DNA of 64,000 nucleotides from a virus: UHGV virus genome UHGV-0287696; one strand, 5' to 3'. Shown piece by piece: positions 19,716 to 28,811 of this stretch (position 1 is its first letter; each line of letters starts with the position of its first letter). The notes under the pieces were generated by a model. It saw only the letters and a program-made list of their open reading frames with translations, ran no database searches and was not told where the DNA came from. The position numbers and the translations under genes were made by a program.

Positions 19716-20155
19716 AACCAAATACTACTAATGGCATTATGCTACTTTGTGATTCTGAAACGTTAGCAAACCGTATTCGTGGTTTGATGCAAGTACGTTG
19801 GCAGCAAAAAGTTCTCGTCGACTATGCTGCCCCATTTGTTCACATTACCTGGTTGCCAGAAGCCAGCGATTTCAAAGAACGTATAACCACAAGAAGAATT
19901 AAAGAATGGTTATCGGCGATCATTAATAAACAGATTACCGTCATCAATTTTCAACTTTTCGGTACCGCTGAAGAACATGAAATCTTGAAACAGTGTTTAA
20001 GAGCGTTGGCTGTTTCCTTTTCTGTTCGTGGTAGCTGCTATACGGCTTACTTTATCGGTTCGCTTGAACTGTTTAAGAATACGCTAATGCTTCAGCTAAA
20101 AGATGACTACAAACTTTTAGATAAAATCGATTTCGAATTCCCAGGTATGATTTAA
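19712..20155 (+). CDS. hypothetical protein
   Basis: 147 aa; ATGA coupling. Confidence 0.55.
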   Translation: MKPNTTNGIMLLCDSETLANRIRGLMQVRWQQKVLVDYAAPFVHITWLPEASDFKERITTRRIKEWLSAIINKQITVINFQLFGTAEEHEILKQCLRALAVSFSVRGSCYTAYFIGSLELFKNTLMLQLKDDYKLLDKIDFEFPGMI

Positions 20156-20180
20156 GGAACCGTAGCTTAATTACCCCACC

Positions 20181-20204
20181 ATTTACCTAAAGGAGCATTA
20201 AATG
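20181..20204 (+). promoter_or_regulatory. conserved translation-initiation region TTTACCTAAAGGAG(C/T)ATTAAA-ATG
   Basis: same leader found upstream of the ATGs at 25441 and 61279. Confidence 0.5.
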
Positions 20205-20717
20205 TCAGTAAATATTAACATGAATCTTTATACTAAACGTGAACGTCAGATCCTGGCGAATCAACCTGGCGTTACGACCATCGACGGTAAGCCTATTGAC
20301 CGTTTAAAAGTTATCGTTGCGCGAAATTGCCATGAACGCGATTGGGATATCACCTACTTCCGTTGCTGTTCGGTCGCAAACGCGCTTACCCAACTCTCCA
20401 ACTATCACCCAGGACCGCTATTAAAAGACTGGGTTTGGTTAGTCCCTAAAACTCCCTCAGCAATTGAGTATCCCGCTGGGTTAGTCTATATTCGACCTGT
20501 CGCTTACCCAGAACGTCTGAAAGAGTATCTTGAAGTTATCTGGAACCGTCCTCGTAAAGAGCTGGCGACGATTATTAATTTACTGCAACAGATCGATATC
20601 CCCGGTGTTTTGAATTTGAAACTCACGTCTCGCGATATTAACCAGGCTTACTGGGAACTGGAGTGGACAGAACCGAAATTCGAAAACACTAACCGTATTT
20701 TCTTGCACCGGGGGTAA
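20202..20717 (+). CDS. hypothetical protein
   Basis: 171 aa behind the conserved leader. Confidence 0.6.
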   Translation: MSVNINMNLYTKRERQILANQPGVTTIDGKPIDRLKVIVARNCHERDWDITYFRCCSVANALTQLSNYHPGPLLKDWVWLVPKTPSAIEYPAGLVYIRPVAYPERLKEYLEVIWNRPRKELATIINLLQQIDIPGVLNLKLTSRDINQAYWELEWTEPKFENTNRIFLHRG

Positions 20718-20719
20718 AA

Positions 20720-21001
20720 ATGTTAGATTGGTTGTTGGGATTAATTAACTCACGTCAACAGGAGCTTTATAAAGAAAACACGCGATTACGGCAGGAGCTT
20801 AGTAACAATCGTCAAACCAAACGACAATTAATTCGGATGGTAAAACAACAGGCGCGTTGTATACGTGATATCGATTATCAGTATCACCGTCTGAATACCT
20901 TAGACCCAACAACAAAAGCTTTAGGTAGTACGATTGGACACGCACGTAAAGTCAGTCACGATGCGTTAGTTCGAATCGATACAGTAGAAGAGAAACTGTG
21001 A
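20720..21001 (+). CDS. hypothetical basic protein
   Basis: 93 aa, Arg/Gln-rich and helical in appearance. Confidence 0.5.
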   Translation: MLDWLLGLINSRQQELYKENTRLRQELSNNRQTKRQLIRMVKQQARCIRDIDYQYHRLNTLDPTTKALGSTIGHARKVSHDALVRIDTVEEKL

Positions 21002-21044
21002 TATAACCCCTCTCAGGAACTCCTGAGAGGGAGGAGAAAGAAAG

Positions 21045-21353
21045 ATGCACGGTATTTTGATTATTCTTAAAGCCAAACTATACAAAATTGCCTTTTCTTT
21101 GTTTTACGGCCGTATTGTAGAAGAGGTTGTATCGGAATCCGAACCCCATGAAGAAACAGTGATTCGTTTTGGAAAGGAATACACAGTCATGGTTCGAGAT
21201 GTTGTGATAGACGTTTACTCTACCGGGGGAATCTTAAAAGGAAAACCTAAGCGTAGATTGTACGGTAAAAGACTTCCTTACATGAGAGATCATTTAATTC
21301 TGGGCTCGTTACAAGAATTTTTTAATTTAAGAGATAATGTAAGAAGTAAATGA
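21045..21353 (+). CDS. hypothetical protein
   Basis: 102 aa; start follows a stem-loop at 21007-21031. Confidence 0.45.
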   Translation: MHGILIILKAKLYKIAFSLFYGRIVEEVVSESEPHEETVIRFGKEYTVMVRDVVIDVYSTGGILKGKPKRRLYGKRLPYMRDHLILGSLQEFFNLRDNVRSK

Positions 21354-21356
21354 AAT

Positions 21357-21722
21357 ATGCTGAACAAAATTAAATATTGGTTAAACGATTCGTTTAAAAC
21401 CTGGGCTTGTGGTGCGAATGTCAAAACAGTAGTTAAATCGGGCGACTGGTATACAGAGATTATTACGTTAGCAAACGGAGGATTGCAAAACATACAAGTT
21501 CGTAACGTTGTTGTTAGAATAGGGCGCGAGGGAGGAGCAATCTTCAACTCTGAATACTATCTAGTTTCTGCCTTGGAATTGAAAAACGGCCCGATTCTAT
21601 TTAATGCTACAGCACAGAATCTTTACGACACGATGGTTAAGTTTGGTGAAAGAGTAAAACGTTTAAATGATTCGCTCAGTAAGTTTATTAAAGAAACTGA
21701 ACGAACCACGGTGGAGATTTAA
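21357..21722 (+). CDS. hypothetical protein
   Basis: 121-aa ORF. Confidence 0.45.
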   Translation: MLNKIKYWLNDSFKTWACGANVKTVVKSGDWYTEIITLANGGLQNIQVRNVVVRIGREGGAIFNSEYYLVSALELKNGPILFNATAQNLYDTMVKFGERVKRLNDSLSKFIKETERTTVEI

Positions 21723-21725
21723 AAG

Positions 21726-22034
21726 ATGGAAAACAAAATCACAAACACATCGGTACCTGAGAACATCGTCAACTATATTCTCCGCGGTGGGTTGTTAGAA
21801 GACAATAAAGAAACGTGCGATAAACTCGTTTCTCAACTACTGCCTATTCGTTCAGAATACTGCGAAATCGTTATCTTAGGTTCCGAGTATTGCGTACGCT
21901 CTTACTGCCGTCGTTTCGAAGCCTTACGCGTACCTCGTACGTTAGGCGGTGTGATCTTGCTGATTTCGTCTTTTCAAGACGCTCATGTGCGTGTGGCGAC
22001 CTGGATTGCCAAAGGAGGCGATAGTGGTTTTTAA
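21726..22034 (+). CDS. hypothetical Cys-containing protein
   Basis: 102-aa ORF. Confidence 0.45.
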   Translation: MENKITNTSVPENIVNYILRGGLLEDNKETCDKLVSQLLPIRSEYCEIVILGSEYCVRSYCRRFEALRVPRTLGGVILLISSFQDAHVRVATWIAKGGDSGF

Positions 22035-22311
22035 TTTATTTAAACGTAAGGAATGTCCTGTCTGCGAAACCAACGATAAAATTATCTCTACGCAAGATGA
22101 GCTAATAAAACAACAAGATAAGATGCTCACTGAAATGGGCGAACTTTATTTTAAACTTTGTGCTATTACCGAACTGATTAGTGAAGGTAAGTTATCGAAA
22201 GATGGTGGGTTAGAGTTGGTCAAGAAGGCAACGATTCACTGTCGTCCAGAAGTAGAAAAATATAAACTTGAAGTGAAACGTGAACTATGGGAGGTTATTA
22301 ATGAAGCGTGA
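22024..22311 (+). CDS. hypothetical protein with N-terminal CxxC motif
   Basis: ORF track frame 21985..22311; GTG at 22024 with GGAGG upstream; KECPVCETND zinc-ribbon-like motif. Confidence 0.4.
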   Translation: MVFNLFKRKECPVCETNDKIISTQDELIKQQDKMLTEMGELYFKLCAITELISEGKLSKDGGLELVKKATIHCRPEVEKYKLEVKRELWEVINEA

Positions 22312-22582
22312 AACAGTTGTATTTCGTAGTAATGGTGATGTGGTTTTGTATCGTGGTAAGAAACGTATTCGTACGTTAGAATACCGAGAAGCAAAACGTT
22401 TCGTTGAAGAGTGTGCCTGGTTAATGCATTACGAAGGGAACTATCGTGCCATCTTAGAAGCGCCGCGTTTAGAACGTGCAGTTGCGCAGATGGCAATAGG
22501 TAATCCTAAGAACTGTTACCTGGCACGTAAGCCAAAATACCTACAACGTGTCTCGCTAGGCAGTTTTATTGCGGGATTTTAA
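22301..22582 (+). CDS. hypothetical protein
   Basis: ORF track frame 22280..22582; ATG at 22301 preceded by GGGAGG. Confidence 0.45.
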   Translation: MKRETVVFRSNGDVVLYRGKKRIRTLEYREAKRFVEECAWLMHYEGNYRAILEAPRLERAVAQMAIGNPKNCYLARKPKYLQRVSLGSFIAGF

Positions 22583-22590
22583 TAAAAATA

Positions 22591-22640
22591 ATTTCAGATA
22601 TATATTACTTAGGTGAGAGTACAAAAGCTCTCACTTAACT
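22591..22640 (+). promoter_or_regulatory. promoter-like box TTTCAGATATATATTACTTAGGTGAGAG with leader hairpin
   Basis: near-identical to the copy at 58936; hairpin gtgagag-tacaaaag-ctctcac then ttaactaaa, about 25 nt upstream of the ATG at 22664. Confidence 0.5.
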
Positions 22641-22663
22641 AAACCATTTTAGGAGAATATACC

Positions 22664-22930
22664 ATGAACTTCACTAAAGCTGATTATGCTAAAGAATTCG
22701 TTTCTAAAGAAGATTACAAGTTTACTGTTGAACTAGACTACGTATTAACCGAAGATGAAAAAGATGCGCTGTATAAAGCGTTCCGCAAACACTTCGGTGC
22801 GTTGTTCTTTATGGGTTTCCGTAAAGACTCTATCGATATTGGCTATACTGTCGCAGTACGTACCGATGAGGAAATGTTCAATATGGTGTGCGAAATCGTC
22901 AGTACCATTACTGCTAAACGTGCGATTTAA
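22664..22930 (+). CDS. hypothetical small protein
   Basis: 88 aa; GGAGAA Shine-Dalgarno; promoter-like box upstream and terminator downstream suggest a monocistronic unit. Confidence 0.55.
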   Translation: MNFTKADYAKEFVSKEDYKFTVELDYVLTEDEKDALYKAFRKHFGALFFMGFRKDSIDIGYTVAVRTDEEMFNMVCEIVSTITAKRAI

Positions 22931-22953
22931 CTTCAGCGTTTAATTACACTACA

Positions 22954-22985
22954 GGGTAAGGGAATCCCTTACCCTATTATTTCGA
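22954..22985 (+). terminator. rho-independent terminator
   Basis: hairpin gggtaaggg-aat-cccttaccc followed by a T-rich tract. Confidence 0.65.
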
Positions 22986-23011
22986 TATGTAAAACTAAAA
23001 GGAAAATAAAA

Positions 23012-23788
23012 ATGAAAACTGTTGAGTTTAAAAATAGCAGTCTTTGGGCATACTCGCACATCATTACGAGTTTCCTGAAAAACGTTACTTCGCACCTCGC
23101 TTATCAGTTTTGTGGAAATGAGCTCACTATCGGTGGTTTTAACGAGGAAGAATTAAAACGTGCAAAAGAGTTCATTGTCGATGTTCTTCATGGTGATGCG
23201 ACGTGTTTAGTTGTGAGTTACGTTGCTAAAGACAAAGGAAGATTAAACATCATGGGAATCTTCAGGACACTCTCCGAAAAAGTATACGAAGTTGAGAAGG
23301 TTAGTCATGGCGTTTATATTGTTTACTTTAAACGTTCGGCGGAGAAAAACGCTGATAAACTTCTGGAGTATTTCGACTGTAACCCAGGGGAAGGTATGGA
23401 TGTTTATACGCTCGGTTATGATGGGGTACCTCACCGGAATAACCTTATTCGTATTGACGAACCTTTTTCAGTCAATGATAACTCCACGCCTATAGAGTTG
23501 GTTCTGGTACACAAAGATCGATTCGCGCATTACGATTCCGATACTATTCAACGTGTCCTGAACAACGTTAATATACAGTTTTCACAAACCGAGCACCTGG
23601 TACGTGCTTGTGTTAGGTCTAACGGCACAACATCTTTTTTCCTCGAACGTCAAATCGTTTGGCAGACTTATCTGGCTTTGATGGAAGAACTCGATAGGAT
23701 CGAACCAGTTCAGGTTGGTACAAATTGCTTATATTGGATAAAAACAAAGGGGTTCATGAATGAAAACACTCAATTCAGATTTGCGTGA
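23012..23788 (+). CDS. hypothetical protein
   Basis: 258 aa; AAGGAAAA upstream. Confidence 0.55.
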   Translation: MKTVEFKNSSLWAYSHIITSFLKNVTSHLAYQFCGNELTIGGFNEEELKRAKEFIVDVLHGDATCLVVSYVAKDKGRLNIMGIFRTLSEKVYEVEKVSHGVYIVYFKRSAEKNADKLLEYFDCNPGEGMDVYTLGYDGVPHRNNLIRIDEPFSVNDNSTPIELVLVHKDRFAHYDSDTIQRVLNNVNIQFSQTEHLVRACVRSNGTTSFFLERQIVWQTYLALMEELDRIEPVQVGTNCLYWIKTKGFMNENTQFRFA

Positions 23789-24188
23789 TTATATCCGTAA
23801 GTATCCAGCCAGTATTCCTGTACTGGCTTCACTTACGCTTTCAGGTACTGACGTTAACGTCTTAACTGTGGAACAATTTCACGAGATAATAAAAACCGCA
23901 TATAACTCCATTACCGCAACGTCAGTACGTAAACGTTGCGATTATCCCGACGGTCCTTTCGGCACAGAGATGTTTACCGATTACGCGGTTGCGTTTCTGT
24001 TAGGCCGACACTGTCTCGATAAACTTAACACTGCTGTAGAAGGGGAAACAGTGACGGAAATAGTCAATGCTTGGCAGCAACGTATTCTGAATGACCCTTA
24101 CTGCCGCCAAGCGTTAAAACGTATGTCCACAACGGCGATTACAAACGACCAGCGTGCTTTAGAGTTCTTTAAGCACAACTACAGCTAA
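23760..24188 (+). CDS. hypothetical protein (paralog of 25441..25872)
   Basis: 142 aa; LRDYIRKYP...EQFHEIIKTAYNSI parallels IRNYIRNNP...EEYQEIVNTNYLHI. Confidence 0.55.
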   Translation: MKTLNSDLRDYIRKYPASIPVLASLTLSGTDVNVLTVEQFHEIIKTAYNSITATSVRKRCDYPDGPFGTEMFTDYAVAFLLGRHCLDKLNTAVEGETVTEIVNAWQQRILNDPYCRQALKRMSTTAITNDQRALEFFKHNYS

Positions 24189-24210
24189 TTTACCAAAAAG
24201 GAAAAAAGAC

Positions 24211-25371
24211 ATGTTTAATATCGAAATTACCCCGCTCGTTAAAACTGAAATCCGTCCGGTTCCCGAAGCACAATTACTCGATCAACTTTATCGCATATTC
24301 CTGGATAAAGGTGTACATTTCCGTGTAGAACAAGTCAATGATGAAAGCATCGTGTTCTACTGGACTCACAGCAATGATTACCTTTGTGACACTATTGCGG
24401 CGGAAATCGGTGAGTTGCTCAACCCGGTAGCCGAGAACGCCAAGGTAAAAGCGACCGAGGCTGAGCAACCGAATGCCGAGGTTGAAAAACAACAGTGGGC
24501 TGAAACCAGCGCCGACAAACCGCTCGTCTATCGGTATGATGCCGAAACGAACGAGAAAATTAAAGAAGCGTTAGAAGCTCTCTATCCTGATTATTTAACC
24601 GTCGGTCAACAATGCGACACGTTAATTGTCTGGATGAATGATTTCGAACCTAAGCTCATTAAAGCCATACGCATCACTGTTGCACTGATCGTCAAAGACG
24701 CCGTTCGCCTTATTTCGTTTGGAGGTATCGGTCGACGTGACGCGGATGATTTCATGCGTGATGCCGTTCACGAACACAAGGAGAATATTCTTCGGTCTAA
24801 TTATGTTGGTGACACTCTAACTGTACTTGTTGTTAATGACCCTGTTGTTATTAATCAGCTACGCACCCGTATGGATGGGTTAGTAAAGAAAAATTCACGT
24901 AAATGCGCCGAAAGACAGGATGACGTTAATTATACTGGCCCAAAGGCCAAGGTGATTAATGATACCTTGACAGCATTCTACTCTAGCAGGGTAGAAACTA
25001 AACTCGAGACCGAACGACTCACCATTAAGTTCCAGTTAGACGACATTTCCCTGCAAGATGAAATTCATAGCCTCATTGATGGGTTTGTTAACAAGCGCCT
25101 ACGTCTTCTAACGATCAATACTATCGGGGAAGAAGATGCTGATCTGTTTATGGGTGAGATTCTTCACACGTTTCCTGAGAAAGTCCGTCAGTGGACTTAC
25201 ACAGACAATACACTTACCATTCTACTCAACTATGAGCCTGGTCTTATTAAAAATTTAGAACGCCGTCTAGAGGATTTGTCGCTCAAACGTTTTCTTAAGG
25301 ATGGCGCACGTTCAGTCCTTAAAGGATTATTTTCTGATTGCAACTGCCCTATTTGTCAGAAGCATCGCTAA
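24211..25371 (+). CDS. hypothetical protein with internal duplication and C-terminal Cys cluster
   Basis: 386 aa; two related about 80-aa segments (...GIGRRDADDFMRDAVHEH... and ...TIGEEDADLFMGEILHTF...); ends CNCPICQKHR. Confidence 0.55.
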   Translation: MFNIEITPLVKTEIRPVPEAQLLDQLYRIFLDKGVHFRVEQVNDESIVFYWTHSNDYLCDTIAAEIGELLNPVAENAKVKATEAEQPNAEVEKQQWAETSADKPLVYRYDAETNEKIKEALEALYPDYLTVGQQCDTLIVWMNDFEPKLIKAIRITVALIVKDAVRLISFGGIGRRDADDFMRDAVHEHKENILRSNYVGDTLTVLVVNDPVVINQLRTRMDGLVKKNSRKCAERQDDVNYTGPKAKVINDTLTAFYSSRVETKLETERLTIKFQLDDISLQDEIHSLIDGFVNKRLRLLTINTIGEEDADLFMGEILHTFPEKVRQWTYTDNTLTILLNYEPGLIKNLERRLEDLSLKRFLKDGARSVLKGLFSDCNCPICQKHR

Positions 25372-25417
25372 TTAACTAAATTCATCTAAGGGGTGGTAAT
25401 CCGCCCCTCTATTATTG

Positions 25418-25443
25418 TATTTACCTAAAGGAGTATTAAAATG
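25418..25443 (+). promoter_or_regulatory. conserved translation-initiation region (24 nt identical to the copy at 61257)
   Basis: tttacctaaaggagtattaaaatg. Confidence 0.5.
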
Positions 25444-25872
25444 TTTTTCGTACTAAAAGATGAAATCCGTAACTACATTCGTAACAACCCGATTGCTCTG
25501 GGCGTTTTAGCAGGTTTCTGTCGTCCAAATACTGATTTCGATTTAGTTAAGTTAGAAGAATATCAGGAAATTGTGAATACTAACTACTTGCACATCTGTA
25601 GCTGGGGTAAACGTCCTCGCGAAGAGTACCCTGTAGGTGAGTTAGGTGACACTATGCACCGTGACCAGAATCTGATGCACGAATTCGTTGAATACACACT
25701 GGAAAATCTTAACTATCCGCTTCTGGTCGACACTGTACCAGAAATGGTTGACGAGTGGTTAAGTCGTGTTTACAATGACCCTACTGCCAGCGCTCTACTG
25801 AGCCAGATGTCACAAACTTCTCGTGATATCGACACCCGTACCCTGATGTACTTAGCACACAACGTTCGTTAA
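25441..25872 (+). CDS. hypothetical protein (paralog of 23760..24188)
   Basis: 143 aa; conserved leader upstream. Confidence 0.6.
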   Translation: MFFVLKDEIRNYIRNNPIALGVLAGFCRPNTDFDLVKLEEYQEIVNTNYLHICSWGKRPREEYPVGELGDTMHRDQNLMHEFVEYTLENLNYPLLVDTVPEMVDEWLSRVYNDPTASALLSQMSQTSRDIDTRTLMYLAHNVR

Positions 25873-25879
25873 TCTCGCT

Positions 25880-25934
25880 CCGCTATAGGCTTCGGTCTAT
25901 AGCGGAATTAATTTTCTTTCCCTTTTCTTTTTTG
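25880..25934 (+). terminator. rho-independent terminator
   Basis: hairpin ccgctatag-gcttcggt-ctatagcgg followed by an extended T-rich tract. Confidence 0.7.
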
Positions 25935-26038
25935 TTATTTTGACACTACTTTGCTTACTCTCTACTCGACTATTCCTATGCTGGCTGAGGGATGTAAAAC
26001 GACCTCTTAAACCTTTTTACTTATTGTGAGTTAACGCG

Positions 26039-26887
26039 ATGTCTCTTACGTCAAAACAGAAACTGCTAAAACTCATCAACACTGAAAACAATATTGTTCC
26101 GCCATTGACCTTCAGTGATGTTGATATCGGCGAACCTACTGGTACTGGGGTTGATACCCAGGTGGTTCTGACTTCTAAACTCAAAGGCGATGAGTCTACT
26201 ACTTTAACTGTGACTTATCATCGTCGTAATTTGCCCGAATACCTAACAGGTGAGTTGGTATTCGGTAACGATGGTGTTGTAACCGCTACAGATTTGCTTA
26301 ATGCAATCAACGCAAAATACGATTTAAATATCCTGCCGTCGGATATCGTTGATGCGAAAGTTGAAGGTGAAACCCATCAGCTTACCGCTAACGAGAAATC
26401 CTACGAATGGTGTGGCGAGGTGACACTTACGCTACGCGACCCTATTGATTTGGCTAAACTGTTACCTGTTACTCAATTAGAAAACCTGGTAGAGTATCCG
26501 TCCACTAAGAAAGGTAACGCAGCGGTTTATTCTTATCCAATTGACTTCACCGCAGAAAAAGATTACCTCGATCCGATTACCATTAACGACACTGTCGACC
26601 TGGCTGAGTTAGCCACTAAACTGGTCAACGTCGTTGATGAGAAATGGGTAAGTGTACCTAAAAACGCTGCTAATAACCTCTACGGTGCTAAGGTTATCTA
26701 CGATGGCCCTACCGCAGGTTACGAAGGCGCAAATACGAAGTACACGCGTGTGCTGGTACTCGCACTCAGTGGACTGTGTGCTAACCTGACCGGTAATCTG
26801 TTAATCCACTTTAACGGTACCGATCGTCCGAAGTCGAAGATTGAATTAGCTAAAACTAATTCGGTCTTACCGGGATTCTTAGATTAA
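26039..26887 (+). CDS. member of a four-gene paralog family (possible virion protein)
   Basis: 282 aa; N-terminal pattern and DLLNAIN...NILPSDI motif shared with 26901, 30041 and 30652. Confidence 0.6.
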   Translation: MSLTSKQKLLKLINTENNIVPPLTFSDVDIGEPTGTGVDTQVVLTSKLKGDESTTLTVTYHRRNLPEYLTGELVFGNDGVVTATDLLNAINAKYDLNILPSDIVDAKVEGETHQLTANEKSYEWCGEVTLTLRDPIDLAKLLPVTQLENLVEYPSTKKGNAAVYSYPIDFTAEKDYLDPITINDTVDLAELATKLVNVVDEKWVSVPKNAANNLYGAKVIYDGPTAGYEGANTKYTRVLVLALSGLCANLTGNLLIHFNGTDRPKSKIELAKTNSVLPGFLD

Positions 26888-26900
26888 GAGGATTACAGTA

Positions 26901-27377
26901 ATGACCAGTCAAGAAACTATCTTCGACCTTATTAAAAAGGCTAACCCAGACGCTGAGCTCGACACCGCCAAAGTTACATTGGGTGAGCCCGTCGTAAGTA
27001 CCGGTGCGTACAACACCGAAGTTACGGTTGCGTCAATTAAGAATCTCGGTTATGCTAATAAGCAAACGTTCCAGTATAACCGCATTGATGCAGGTTTGTA
27101 TTTCCTCAACGTATTGCCGAAACTGTTAGTTGAATCAGCAACTACGACTGCGGACCTGTTGCCTGTAATTAACGAACAATATGGCTTAACCCTTACTGAA
27201 GACGACGTATGGGTAGAGCAGGTTGGTGAGTTACCGCTGGACGGCAGTACAATCGAGCACGGCATTTTCTTCCGTCCTGAGTGCCTAACCTGGGTCGGTG
27301 GTTTTACAGTGCGCGTTGCGCGTAAGCCGACTGTTGAAACACCGCCAGCTAATCCATCGCGCGCTAAGAAGAAATAA
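26901..27377 (+). CDS. member of a four-gene paralog family
   Basis: 158 aa; VTLGEPV...NTEVTVASIKNL and DLLPVINEQYGLTLTEDDV. Confidence 0.6.
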   Translation: MTSQETIFDLIKKANPDAELDTAKVTLGEPVVSTGAYNTEVTVASIKNLGYANKQTFQYNRIDAGLYFLNVLPKLLVESATTTADLLPVINEQYGLTLTEDDVWVEQVGELPLDGSTIEHGIFFRPECLTWVGGFTVRVARKPTVETPPANPSRAKKK

Positions 27378-27383
27378 CGACAG

Positions 27384-27417
27384 GGTGGGGTAATCCCACC
27401 CTCTTTTCTTTTTTTGT
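27384..27417 (+). terminator. rho-independent terminator
   Basis: hairpin gggtgggg-taat-cccaccc followed by T-run. Confidence 0.8.
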
Positions 27418-27438
27418 GTAAAAGAGGAGTTAAACAAA

Positions 27439-28029
27439 ATGGCCGAACGTTGGACTAAAGAAGGTATTATTGCTTCGAAAACAGATTTAGAAGGCGGGTA
27501 CGTAAACGACCCTGACGATAAAGGTGGGGAAACCTGTCACGGTGTAACACTAACAACTGCGCGCGAATACGGGTATAAAGGAAGAATGAAGGATCTGACC
27601 CGTGCGCAAGCGTTTGATATTTACGATCGCGGTTGGTGGAAGAAACTTAAACTCGATGAGATTTTAGCTATCTCACCCTTACTCGCAGACCGGATGTTTG
27701 ATTTTGCTATTAACTCTGGCCGCGTTAACTGCGTGAAATCGTTACAACGTATTCTCAACGTTTTAAATAACGAAGGGAAACTTTACGCAGATATTGACAC
27801 CGACGGCGGTATGGGACCTAAAACGCTAGGTGCCCTGAATGCTTATCTGAATTACCGTAAAGACGAAGGATTAGGCATCTTAATCTTTGCCTTAATCTCA
27901 CACCAGGTAACTTACTACACAGAAATCTCCGAAAAGCGTAAGAAGAATGAAAAATTCGCTTACGGCTGGTACGCACGTGTGTTCAGGGAAATGCCGGATT
28001 ATGTGGCGAAGGCGGGGTTAGTAAAATGA
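27439..28029 (+). CDS. endolysin, glycoside hydrolase family 108-like lysozyme with peptidoglycan-binding C-terminus
   Basis: 196 aa; N-terminal EGGYVNDPDDKGGETCHGVT matches the GH108 catalytic signature; C-terminal GGMGPKTLGALNAYL resembles a PG-binding domain. Confidence 0.75.
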   Translation: MAERWTKEGIIASKTDLEGGYVNDPDDKGGETCHGVTLTTAREYGYKGRMKDLTRAQAFDIYDRGWWKKLKLDEILAISPLLADRMFDFAINSGRVNCVKSLQRILNVLNNEGKLYADIDTDGGMGPKTLGALNAYLNYRKDEGLGILIFALISHQVTYYTEISEKRKKNEKFAYGWYARVFREMPDYVAKAGLVK

Positions 28030-28130
28030 ACTGGTTTGCTAAACTCTTAGCGTTATTGTGGAAAGCGTTAACGTCTGGGCGGAAACGTAAAGACGAAAAG
28101 CGTGGATACGAATTTTTCTGGTTTCTATAA
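28026..28130 (+). CDS. small overlapping ORF, possible lysis-associated membrane peptide
   Basis: 34 aa MNWFAKLLALLWKALTSGRKRKDEKRGYEFFWFL; ATG overlaps the endolysin stop (ATGA); amphipathic and basic; absent from the ORF track (below 60 aa). Confidence 0.3.
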   Translation: MNWFAKLLALLWKALTSGRKRKDEKRGYEFFWFL

Positions 28131-28136
28131 GGGAAG

Positions 28137-28811
28137 GTGTGGGTAATGGAGAAGCTTCAATATAAACGTTTAGACAATAAGTGGTTTGTATTAACGGAGG
28201 ATTACCATTATCCGTTTACGTTACGTGAAATTTATCACGACCACGTACACTTAGACCGTGCGGTTTATTTAACGGGTGTATTGCCTGACACACAACTGTG
28301 GTTAACGGCACCGAAAGGGTTCGTTACCGATTTAGCGTCGATTCCTGAACACCTCCAGGGAATCTTCCATCCTGACGGACCGTGGGCACCTGCGGCCTGC
28401 ATTCACGACCTACTTTATCAAAAATGTAGTACGGAACGGAGCTATCCCATGACACCGGGTGGTAACGTTTCGCGTTTTATCGATAAAGAGTTCTCTGATT
28501 TAACGTTCCTGCGTATTATGCAGTCGTTGGAAATCTCGCCTTATATCTGCCAAACATTTTATAAGGCCGTCGTTGAATTCGGCTGGGATTCCTACGTAGA
28601 TCCTAATGCAATGCCATCCTACAACACTAACGCGTTTCGTACGTTAGATTACAATCGAAACTATTTATTCGTTCGCGAGTTTAAGGAACCTGCAATCCCT
28701 GACCACGAACGTATTGATATCACCACAGATCAGCCCGTTAATGTCAAATACCTGAACATCAAACGTGCTTTTCTGTCTGGGAGGGAAGATGTTTCATCCA
28801 AATCCGAGTAA
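28137..28811 (+). CDS. DUF1353-like protein
   Basis: 224 aa; GFVTDLASIP and CIHDLLY motifs typical of the DUF1353 family; start may be the ATG at 28146. Confidence 0.5.
   Translation: MWVMEKLQYKRLDNKWFVLTEDYHYPFTLREIYHDHVHLDRAVYLTGVLPDTQLWLTAPKGFVTDLASIPEHLQGIFHPDGPWAPAACIHDLLYQKCSTERSYPMTPGGNVSRFIDKEFSDLTFLRIMQSLEISPYICQTFYKAVVEFGWDSYVDPNAMPSYNTNAFRTLDYNRNYLFVREFKEPAIPDHERIDITTDQPVNVKYLNIKRAFLSGREDVSSKSE

Noticed and set aside
25940-25968. Sigma-70-like promoter from the TTGACA at 25940
   Set aside because: A -35-like hexamer is present but no convincing -10 hexamer at 16-18 bp spacing (tactcg), so it is not reported as a feature
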